From Selaginella moellendorffii (Eukaryota > Plantae > Lycopodiophyta), in assembly GCF_000143415.4 (NCBI RefSeq), contig NW_003314277.1:1687185-1751184 (forward strand): a stretch of DNA of 64,000 nt, read 5' to 3'. The notes beneath the pieces are model-generated. The model made no database searches. It saw only the letters and a program-made list of their open reading frames with translations, and was not told the DNA's origin. Shown here in pieces: positions 49,556 to 59,330 of the stretch. The translations under genes were made by a program, and so were the position numbers. Within the stretch, counting starts at the first letter, position 1; every line of letters begins with the position of its first letter.

Positions 49556-50764
49556 TTACCGCTGGATGCTTTGATCGATAGTCGTGAGCGTGGAACTCGG
49601 CTGATACTTAAACCCAGCGTCTCTCAACCGCCCAAACGCTGCTCGATCATCGCCACGCTTCTTGGACGAACAAGACGCGTGATTCATCGTCGTGAACGCT
49701 GGAGCTAGCACAGCGAGGATCTCGCTTGGAACCGGCGATACACCGCACTGATCCTTGGGGTCCTTGAGGAACTGGATCACTGGAATGAGCTCTTCCTGTG
49801 AGACACCACAGCAGCTACTGGGCTCTTGTTTTAACGATCGAGCCGGAGTGGCGATCTCATCGTCGTTCTCGTCGGCCATCCAGTTCCAGAAATTCTCCTC
49901 GTGCTTTTGGAAGCTGGCGAGCTCGGATCGGAGCTGCCTCTCGGCCTCGAGCACGCGCTGGAGATCGCGAGCGGCTTCTGGATCTTGCAAGAGATGGAGC
50001 TCAAACTGGGTGTAGAGCCTGTGCTGGATCTTCTGGCGGATGGCCTCGAGCTGGAGCTGGTTGAGCTCGTGTATCCGCCGAAATCTCGACGCCTGGAGCG
50101 AGTGGATCGACTTGAGGATCACACCGATCCTCCCGTGGAGCATCAGCAGATGATCCGCGAGAAATCCTTCTCGGGCTTCTCGATCCCTCTGTGCCGCGGA
50201 GTGGAGGACTTTGGACACGAGCTCCTCGACGCCGAGCTCCACCTCGCGAGCCCTGGAGCCGGCGAGCGTCGCGACATCCCGGGGCAATGGCGGGAACGGG
50301 GCGGCGATCGAGGAGGACGCAATGGCGCTCGAAATTTCCCTGGATCGCGCCTCGATCCCACGCAAGAAGACGTCGCAGTGGGAGAGCAGCCATCCCAGAG
50401 CAAGGAGGAGCTCCCTGCTCTCGCGGGTGTCGATCGGGAGGCCGAAGAACCGGGAGCTGGGAAGATACCCCCAGAGCGCGACATAGAACTTGACGAATCC
50501 CACAATGCCGTCGCCGTGATCGTCAGAGAAGACGCCCGAGCTCCTCCAAATCTCCTGGAAACCCTCGAGCTCGCGGTGATCTTCCTGGCAGGGGAAGCAG
50601 CAGAGATGGAGGCAGACGACGTCGTGGAGGGGGCGCCAGAGCTTGATCGCGGCGCACGGCGCGTTGGATTTGGCTTGCCTGAGGAGATCGGGAGTGACGC
50701 CCGCAACGCCCAGCGATTCCAGCAGCGAGCAAAGAAATGCCAAGCTCGCCTTGGTCTCTTTCAT
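49556..50764 (-). CDS. TEDC1: Tubulin epsilon and delta complex protein 1 homolog (C14orf80/DUF4509)
   Basis: 402-aa ORF with PDLLRQAK..LW, GY..F..LP..SRELLLALGWLL, E..LLQDP and FWNWM, collinear with animal TEDC1 as I recall it. Confidence 0.82.
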   Translation of the reverse strand: MKETKASLAFLCSLLESLGVAGVTPDLLRQAKSNAPCAAIKLWRPLHDVVCLHLCCFPCQEDHRELEGFQEIWRSSGVFSDDHGDGIVGFVKFYVALWGYLPSSRFFGLPIDTRESRELLLALGWLLSHCDVFLRGIEARSREISSAIASSSIAAPFPPLPRDVATLAGSRAREVELGVEELVSKVLHSAAQRDREAREGFLADHLLMLHGRIGVILKSIHSLQASRFRRIHELNQLQLEAIRQKIQHRLYTQFELHLLQDPEAARDLQRVLEAERQLRSELASFQKHEENFWNWMADENDDEIATPARSLKQEPSSCCGVSQEELIPVIQFLKDPKDQCGVSPVPSEILAVLAPAFTTMNHASCSSKKRGDDRAAFGRLRDAGFKYQPSSTLTTIDQSIQR

Positions 50765-50895
50765 GTTCTTGACAAACCCTAGTAATCGGCATCTTCTTGG
50801 TATATGCGTTTAGGGCAAAGGCGATCGCCGAAAAGGATGTCGTGCGCGGTAGCACAGCGTACGAAGGAGAAACCCTAAATCCCCCTAATCAAGCC
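50765..50895. promoter_or_regulatory. Putative bidirectional promoter with telo-boxes
   Basis: 131 bp between divergent ATGs, with AAACCCTA at ~50775 and ~50870. Confidence 0.55.
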
Positions 50896-52557
50896 ATGGC
50901 GGACCTGGTCAGCGAATTGATGGGCTGCCGAATGATGCGGCCGTTCGTGCTGGACGAGGAAGTGATCACTCGCCTGAAATCGTGGCCGAGGCCTGTAAGG
51001 AACAATGGTAAGGTCATGTATAGCAGGCAGGAAGTGGGAGACGATGAAATGAAATCGGAAGAGCGCGAACTTCTCAATATGGCCTCCATGCAGGAATCCA
51101 AGAAGCAAAAGGTTGATGAAGGAGAAGGGGAAGAAGGGGGTACGGATGAAGAAGGGATGTATGTGGACGATGAAGGGGAAGAGGATGAAGAGCCCCACAA
51201 GGATTGGAACATTCTTGAGTTTGGGGAGTTCGTGCAGGCATTTTGGGCGTCGTCGTCGCCACGTATTCTAGAAAGGAAATGCTACTCCCTCATCTGGGAA
51301 GCAATCGAGGCTGATTTCCAGAGAGGAAAAACTCGGGCGATCGTGGTTGGAAATCCTGGAATCGGAAAGTCTGGTTTCCTTGTTTATGTCATGTGGAAAC
51401 TTCTCCATCGGGGCTGCAAGATTCTGTTGCAGAACAAGGCCGGAGAACGGACTTTGTTCCAACACGGGCAAGGGGTGAGAATTTCGGAGTTTGACTCTCG
51501 GGCTGTTCTCTCAGACAAAGAGTTGTATTATCTGGTTGATGGCCGGCTCCCTCTTCCTCCATTGTTTCTGGGCAAGCTCATCCTTACGTGCTCTCCTCTG
51601 CTGGAGAATTACAAGGAGGTAAAGAAGGATGGAAGGCGGACGGTGTTCTACATGCCTGTTTGGAAATCAGATGAACTGGCGGCTGCGGACCAGGAGATTT
51701 TCAAGCTCGGCATTTCTTTCTGGTCAGAAAGATTCAAGAGGTGGGGTGGGCTTGCCCGATTTGTGTTAGAACAATGCGATGAAGAGGCTGATAAGAGCTT
51801 GACCGATGCCATTGATGGTTCCCGAAACATCATCAAAGTCGTTGAAGCGCAAGTGAGTGAGAGGGATGAGGCTTCGCACAAGATCCTGCACATGATGGTG
51901 AGGAACGACTTCAGGACGTACAAGTATGTGTTTGCTTCGAAGCATGTGAGCGAGAAGGTGTTTCGGAATCTGTACCAGACTCACAAGTCTGGTCTGACCT
52001 CTTTTCTATTGTTTTCGGGCAATCCGACATTGAATTCTGCTAGGGCCAACTTCCTGGAGTTACTGTGTCGGGAGGTTTTGCCCAAAGGCGGCTTGTTCCA
52101 GACGAAGTGCGTGTATGCGAACGGTCAGGGTGACCCTGTTCAGGCGGAACGATTTGACCGTCTTCAGGCTAAAGAATCTACGCAGTGGCAAAATGCGCCA
52201 TGGGATTTCATGTTTTGGCCTACGAAAACAACACAGCGGTCTTGGGATGCCTTCAGACTTCGGAAGGGAGGGGGTCATGTGTGTTTGGACTTGTACCAAG
52301 TCACTCTGTCATCGGCTAAACATCAGCATGGAATTAAAGCAAAGGGAGTGCTGGATCTTAAGGCGGAAGTTGAGAGTGTCTTGAATCTGAAGATACCTCT
52401 AGAAAACATAACCGTCTATATTGTCACCTTGATTGATCTTTTTGAGAATGGTGGGTATCAGAACTGGCGGGGTGTTCAAAATCATGTGCTGAAGGATGAA
52501 CGGCTTCTGAGAAAACTTAGGTCCATTGTTCAGAAGGTGATGGGAGTCCCAGTTTAA
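50896..52557 (+). CDS. Crinkler/RHS-type (CR) P-loop NTPase plus C-terminal restriction-endonuclease-fold protein, intronless
   Basis: Walker A VGNPGIGKS, Walker B YYLVDG, then TCSP, FYMPVW, RFKRWGGLARFV, SHKILH and FAS. REase-like FLE...WDAF...LYQVT...HGIK follows. The first in-frame ATG is at 50896. Confidence 0.85.
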   Translation: MADLVSELMGCRMMRPFVLDEEVITRLKSWPRPVRNNGKVMYSRQEVGDDEMKSEERELLNMASMQESKKQKVDEGEGEEGGTDEEGMYVDDEGEEDEEPHKDWNILEFGEFVQAFWASSSPRILERKCYSLIWEAIEADFQRGKTRAIVVGNPGIGKSGFLVYVMWKLLHRGCKILLQNKAGERTLFQHGQGVRISEFDSRAVLSDKELYYLVDGRLPLPPLFLGKLILTCSPLLENYKEVKKDGRRTVFYMPVWKSDELAAADQEIFKLGISFWSERFKRWGGLARFVLEQCDEEADKSLTDAIDGSRNIIKVVEAQVSERDEASHKILHMMVRNDFRTYKYVFASKHVSEKVFRNLYQTHKSGLTSFLLFSGNPTLNSARANFLELLCREVLPKGGLFQTKCVYANGQGDPVQAERFDRLQAKESTQWQNAPWDFMFWPTKTTQRSWDAFRLRKGGGHVCLDLYQVTLSSAKHQHGIKAKGVLDLKAEVESVLNLKIPLENITVYIVTLIDLFENGGYQNWRGVQNHVLKDERLLRKLRSIVQKVMGVPV

Positions 52558-55500
52558 TTGTTTCACCCGGTTATGTAACTGCAGAGAATTATCTAATATC
52601 ATTTATTTCTACAATTCAAAATTGGCAGACCGCATCAGGAGCCCTAAATATATCAAAAGGTTTGGAAAGCCATCGTCTTGCTGCAGATTGAGCGAAGGGA
52701 TTGTAGCTGAGGCTGTACCTGTGAAACAACAACCAAATCAGAAGGAAAAGAACGGAAGAAGAAAGATTTTACCAGAGCAAAGCACAAGCTTCGATGAGGA
52801 TGGCCAACAGCGTCAGTGAAGCTGCAAAAGCAAACATAACGAGCAGAGTTTAGTTACGCTTGGATTATGGACATGGATGTTGTTGCTGCTGTTGTTACGT
52901 GAAGAGCATAGAAGAGGGCTGGGAAGATACTGAAGAGGTAGATGATGGTTGACAGGATGCGAACGGGATCAAACATCATGTTGAATTGCTTCTTCGGCCC
53001 GATTAGAAATCCTGTGCTGGAACAATTAACACCAAGCTCAATCGATCGATTGAATGAGGAAGGAGTCGTTACCTTCCCAATGAGACACAGTGTAAGTGAC
53101 TGCGAACTTTGTAGGCCGGAGGGTCACCAGAGAAGACTGAACGTTTTCATGTTTGAAGGATTTGAGGCAGAAGCTTGATCGATCGATTCGCTTACCAGAA
53201 AGGAACAGAACAATCCGAGGCTTAAACAGCCAACAAATCCATAAGCTCGCTGCGATTTCGTGATTCGGATTTCCCCCTTTCATGAGAATGCAAGAAATAT
53301 ATATCAATACATACCTGACGCGCGGTCAAGCTGCAGCCCTGGCCGAACTGAGGAAGCAGTGATTCCTACTCTGGCAGCTCGCCATCGGAGATCCAGCCGA
53401 CGAAATTCCGCAGGCTTCCCACGGCGCTGTTCACCCTGTCCATTTTATTTAAAACTCAAGAGTTCTAAAAATTGTTTTGTTCTTTCTTTCAAGAATGAGA
53501 GCTGGATGGCGCCTTCTGGTGGACAATGGCGCTCTGCAGCCGGACGATCCAGGGCAAGCCGTATCGTTTCTGCGCTCCAGGCCTCAAGGTAGCTCCGCAT
53601 TCTTCCAAAACCACAGTTTGAATCATTTTCTGCAGAGTTTTTGTTTCTTCTGTATGCTTTGAATCAGGTGCATATACGACTACAAGGACTGTAAATGGAG
53701 GTTCCTGTTTGCTGTTATGGGAGCGGCATCTTGCTCGCGTCTGTCAATCGATTCAGCTCCTTTCTACCGACTTAACGTTCAATCTGGATGGTATGAGGAA
53801 GCTCGTGATATCGTCAGTTCATGCCGGATTTGAGGAAGCACTCGATAGGAAATCTGATGGGGAGGAGCTTGTGGTGACTGTTCTTGCTTGCAAAAGCGGT
53901 CAAGTAGGGTTTTGCGTGTATATTTCCCAGTTTATGTTTTATGTTTTTGTTTTTTTAAATATATTTCTTTGCTGGCTTTATCTGTGGCATATTTCTTAGT
54001 TCATGGTTCAATTTTCTAGAATTTTCTAAGGTTTTGTTCATGCAGAAATTGCTGGATGTATATGTTCATATTGCTAGCCTGCTTCTAGCTCCTTTATCAC
54101 CTGCAGACGTTGCAGTTAAGGGTCCTAGTCGCAACGCACCTCTTTCGAAGTCCACGCACCTCTCGCCACCTCATATATAACTAGCCACCTCATACACTCC
54201 CTGTATAAATAGAGCTACACTTCCGCCCTAATCATCAATTCAAGTATGTACAATTATAGTAATGTTTCAATTTTAATTTCATTTCTATTTACAAAAAATC
54301 AGACACTAATTTCATATCTTAGTATGTGTCTTTATATTCTTGTTATAAAATTTAACCTTTTAGACTTTTTTTTATAGTTTTAATATTTTTAGATATTTTA
54401 TTTTTATTACAATATTAACACTTTTCAAATTAGAATAAATTAATTTCAGAATTTATTTCTGCTAAAATTATTAAAAGTTCAAATTTTAATTTACTCAATA
54501 ATTTATTTTTCTATTCAATGTTAATAACTAACAGAAATAACATGAAGGCCCTCGGGATGTAAGTTCTTTTATTTTAATTTTCTTAGTGTTTTTATTCTTA
54601 TGTCTTTTCTTGTTCTCTTTGCCTTTCCATATTCACATTACCATGGATGAATGAATAAAGAAACTTCTAAACTATCACAAAAATATCACCTTTAGCATAT
54701 AGCTTTATTTATTCGACCATGTTTGATATGTTTGTTTTGTTTGTTCATCAGCTGAACTGATTCCGTACTAAATAAATTCGAGACTAAAAACTGGAGGTCA
54801 CACTCAGATAATCAGGTTTGATCCCACAAGTAATGATGTCGACGAGATGGAAAATAAAAAAATTACATGCTATCAGTGAAGGGACCCTATCAGTGATCAG
54901 TGAGTGGATAAGTGAAGTGTGTATAATTTGATAAAAAATTAAGTGCACTTGTAAACACTGTGACAAGATATTCTTTAAGTTGGGAAGATCGCGTCAACAG
55001 GCTCCTCACGCCCTGGATCGTGGCATCCGCCGTGGTACAATAGCTACAGGTCGCATGCGTCTCGAAATGGAGGAGCTTTTCTAGAATGCCGGCGTCGACA
55101 TTGTCTTCAATGGCCATGTAAATCCCTCTCTCTTCTCGATCTCGACAGAAATCCTCGGTGTTCTTCCAGGTCCATGCCTATGAGAGGATGAACAGAGTTA
55201 CACTTACGAGCTGGACCCGCGCTCTACATCGTGGTGGGCGATGGCGGCAATAGAAAGAGGTGCTCAAAACTTCGGCTCTGGGCCAGCGGCGAATCAATTC
55301 TGCTGGGACAGGCAGCCGGAATGGAGCGTGCTGCAAGATGGAAGCTTTGGTCACGGCGTATTGGAGGTAACCCGAGAGTTCAACCTCTTGATCGATCGAA
55401 GTTTGCTCTTTTTCTCTTTAGGTGAAGAACAATACCCATGCCCTGTGGACGTGGTACCGCAACCAAGATGTGTATGGTGATAGTCACCTTGGGGACGTTG

Positions 55501-55880
55501 TGAAATCACCGCGGTGCCGGAACTATCTGCTTTCCAAGCTGACGAAAGATCCGGTGGAAACAGTGGAAGGCCCTCCAGGATCTTGGGAGCTTTAGCCATT
55601 TTGGTGGCATCGCTTCTAGAATTTTGAAAGTGCAGAAGTTAATAAACATTAGCATATGAAAAGAATTATCGCGAGTGAATTCCAGTAAAATTGGAGAGGG
55701 AAAAGCTAACTGGAAGTCTGGTTTCCAGCCATCCAGTCAAAACTGCCGCTTTGCATGTCGACGTGGCGGCTCTTCAGTGGTTGACATTTTCTCGGCAGCA
55801 TATATACGATATCAACACAAACGCTGATCATATCATCGTTCTCTCTTTGATAGATTTCTTTGCAAGAGGAACTCTAGATC

Positions 55881-56311
55881 ATGTCTCGCGCACTAAGTTT
55901 TTTCTTCTTCGTCCTCTTGGTGGCTGCTAGTGTGACCTCTCGGCCAGTGAAGAATGAAACATGTACGCCTGTTCTTCAATCTCGATTGAATATGCCTCGC
56001 TTGGATTTGATGATCTCTGTGTTTCTTTTGAAACATCATGGTCCATGTCTGCACTCGCTTGCATGTGTGTCTGTCCAAGCGTGTAACCTGATTCGTACGT
56101 GATTTAATCTTTTACAGTGATGCTACGATTGCTAATCAGCTGGATTGGTCGCCATTGTCCAATTTCACCCCAAAATTTGCCGAACCAGAGGTAAAATAAT
56201 CCTGTATTTGAAGACAATATTCTTGACATGTATGATGGTGTGTTGTCAATCATCTTTGGTGATCAGGAGCAGCAAGCCCATGTCGACTACATTTATGATT
56301 TTAATCCTTGA
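55881..56311 (+). CDS. Putative small secreted peptide precursor, phytosulfokine-like
   Basis: Signal peptide MSRALSFFFFVLLVAASVTSRP. Terminal exon 56267-56311 reads EQQAHVDYIYDFNP*. The middle splice path is unresolved. Confidence 0.5.
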
Positions 56312-56609
56312 TGAAACGGCACATTGATAAGGAGGGAATTCTCATTTATTAGAAATAATATACCTTTAATATTAATCGATTTGTCTTTGTAGTATTTTCA
56401 TTATACAAATTGAAAAAAAGTTGTACAAGTAATGCTTTCCAGTCTGTCTTAAAAGCCCCACAACTTCCGTGAGTAAGTTTTATTTGATCAAAACAGAGAC
56501 ACATACGTGTCAAACATTTTTTATTAACATCACAAGGAGAGATCATGTGGGAGATCACTCAGTTATTCATCTTTCATCATATGGATATAGTTTGATCATC
56601 CAAAAGGAT

Positions 56610-57038
56610 CTAGCAGCACTGGAGAACTCCCTCGACGTTCTGGATGCAATCGTCGAGATTGCGACTGGAAGAGACGAGAACGCCATCCCCGCGGTTGCAA
56701 CGGGCAGCCACGTTGAGCCCATTGAAGCTGATGTTGATGCATCGTGAGGCAAAGTTGGATGAGCAGTCGAGGACACCATTGCTGCTGCCCACGCAATTGT
56801 TCACATCGATGGAGGCGTTCCTCCTTTCCAAATTGGATGTGCTGCAAATGGCTCTCATCACGGTCGAATTCCTGTCGAAGGTGATATCAGTGCAGGATCG
56901 AGAAAACTGGCAAGCCTGTAAGAGCAAGATATCCAAATTGTGAGCTTCTTGCCGGACAATCGAATGAGAGTTTCTTACCTGGGTGATGGAGAGGGTCGAG
57001 ACCAGCATACACAGGAAGAAAACCTCGCGAAATGCCAT
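56610..57038 (-). CDS. CVNH: Secreted cyanovirin-N homolog (exons 57038-56979, 56915-56610; 121 aa)
   Basis: Signal peptide followed by two repeats, FSRSC..A.C..SIDVNNCVGSSNGVL and FASRC..A.C..SRNLDDCIQNVEGVL. 63-nt GT-AG intron. TATA (TATATAAA) at ~57122-57129 on the minus strand. Confidence 0.9.
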   Translation of the reverse strand: MAFREVFFLCMLVSTLSITQVRNSHSIVRQEAHNLDILLLQACQFSRSCTDITFDRNSTVMRAICSTSNLERRNASIDVNNCVGSSNGVLDCSSNFASRCINISFNGLNVAARCNRGDGVLVSSSRNLDDCIQNVEGVLQCC

Positions 57039-57328
57039 AATGGGATAGAACAAGAAATAACCAAGAAGAAAATGAGTAAACAACTTTAACTAGAGATGAG
57101 TTGAGCTCTGGAAAGGCCTTGTTTATATAGTCCTGGGAGCGACGCTTATCTTGACGACTCAGCTAGTACATGACTCCACATTGCGGCTTGAATGCAAAAT
57201 TTCTACGTCGACTACATTACTATACAAGTAAATATTGAAATCTAGCTCAGTTTATCATTTTTCAACGTCCAGCCAGCTATACACGGTGACATTTTTAGGA
57301 GTTTGCGTGTTTCTTTTAATTTGCTAGA

Positions 57329-58080
57329 TTATAAATGGAATCGAAACTTAGACACTTTTTGGGGCAAGACCGCTGCGAAGAGACTCCAGGAGACATCGAT
57401 TTCTACGTGCCCATAGATAGAATCACGAAGATTATCCAGTGTGTCCACACTGCTGGGCGCGAGGGTGGCACCACCATGAAAGTCTAGACTGATTTGCAAA
57501 AGAATTCGTAAAATCGAAAAGCACATAAATTCCTCCAAAGATAAAGCATACTTTATCTTTGCGAGCCATTTAGAAGATACCAAAACACCGTCCGGAGCCT
57601 CCACGCTTGCTCGGTACGTGGTAGCGTCGTCGTCTACGTTTGTCACTCGCCGGTGGATGATCCTCTTTCTTTGAGCGAAGAGATCGCAATGGAAGGATAG
57701 TTGAGATTGCTGCGTCGTCGTGTAGAATAGATGGTTTCAAGTAGAGACGTTTCGTATTTCCTGCCTCAATCCACACAGAAAGTCCGTGAATTCGGGCGCC
57801 TTGGCATCGTAGACGAGGCCCGGATGAGCAGCCGCGTTTGGATTGATGTGGTTTCCACCGAAGGTGCCGGAGAGCAATCCTGCGTCTTTGATCGGCTCCC
57901 CAGAGTTATCAGTGACAAAACCTGCAAAACAAGAGAAAAGAATCGATTGTTTTCTTCTGGAAAGCACGTAGTGTTACCTGTAGTTACGATTGCCGAATTG
58001 ATAGCGGCTGGACCTTTCGCAAACAATACGCAATATTATGAACTTCCATGTCTTGTCCGCATGTCTCTGACATACCGGAG
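57329..58080 (-). pseudogene. Subtilisin-like protease (subtilase) C-terminal pseudogene fragment
   Basis: PAAINSAIVTT, FGGNHINPNAAAHPGLVYD..FLCGL and VTNV..TYRASVEAPDGV (Fn3-like). Frameshifts and stops are present, and the catalytic SGTSM motif is not intact. Confidence 0.78.
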
Positions 58081-58989
58081 GTCTCCCACCAAGAAAAGGA
58101 AACCATAATGCATATTGTCACTCCCATTCCTTGGTGGGAGATAAGGCTCTTCTTGGTGCGTTTTAGTTTCTTTTGATACACGAACTCTTCAGGTCTCACG
58201 TCAACCAAGTCTTTCTTCTCTCCATGGCAGCCAGAGATTATTCTCAGGAACCAAAGACGAGCTAAGCACCGGCAATGCACATTCTTGTGTAACCTCTTGC
58301 TATCACTATATGCCCGGTTTGGAGTTTCAGCTAAGTTACTTCAGACCTTTACCGTTCTCTGCACCAGAGATACTGCAGCCAAATTAACATTTTCTGCCCA
58401 TCATCATGAATTGGATCGCCTGGGATCTTCGGCGATTTTTGTCCCTTCTTCTGCAGGCGTACCTGAAGTTTGAACTTGCTATTCCGCAACGGCTTCTTCC
58501 TCGCACTCGATTCACGATCCGCAGAAATGAAGGATGTCCCACTCAGTGCACCTCGTGAATTCTGTACCTTGCGCAAGCCACTCCAATGAACATGGCGCCT
58601 TTTCTGATTAGGGTTATAGGTTAAAAGATATACAGATTTTTGTGACAAAAGTCGTTTTTGAGCGGCACTGCTATGAAGTTCCACAAATCTGTGCTATGTG
58701 AAGTGATTTATAATAAGAAGTAACCTTCTGCATTTCACGTTCCAGTTGAACATGGAGCTTGCCTGCTTTGAAGGTTACCAAATTTAAAATTTCTGCTTAG
58801 TCAATCTGGTGCTGCTCTTTACATAGTGGATGCTACTGTTGTGATAACTGCTGTGACTTTGTCCCCAACATGAACAGATCCATTGGTTACTATTTCTTCA
58901 GCTAAAATCATCGCATGGTTGATGCAGGAGCATGTGGTTCACAAAAGAAGCATCTTTCAGTGATTGCTTGCGAGTTCAATTGTGCATAT

Positions 58990-59330
58990 CAGTCTTGTAC
59001 TGATGGTCAAGTCATTGTACTTGAGGGAGTGGTTGGCAAGCGTCCAGTGAGGATTTTACTAGACAATGGGAGAAGTGAGAACTTTGTGTCAGCAAAGTTT
59101 GTTGAGGAGTGCAAGCTACAAAAGACCAACGTTCTAGAGTACGAGATTGAAGGTGCTACTACTGTCACACAGAGCTAGAATGCTTGTGTGAAGGATCTTG
59201 AAGGTGTTAGAACACATCAGTAGAGTGGCCTACTGGTTGCAGTTGCCTCATTCACTGTTGCCTGGATTCGTTCTGTGATTCATGTTAGCCAACTGAAAAA
59301 GGTGCTTCAGAGGAACCAGCCCTTAGTGGA
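58990..59330 (+). mobile_element. Short gypsy relic (aspartic protease and integrase-tail pieces)
   Basis: VRILLDNGRSENFVS and SVIHVSQLKK. Confidence 0.6.

Noticed and set aside
49901-50782. 293-aa ORF antisense to TEDC1
   Set aside because: Shadow ORF caused by GC-rich codon usage; no motifs.
52622-54000. Exon-like pieces downstream of the CR gene
   Set aside because: Possible splice sites exist, but I could not build a consistent gene model or recognise a domain.
54890-55610. Possible spliced hypothetical gene on the minus strand
   Set aside because: Coding-like composition, but no recognisable family and uncertain frames.
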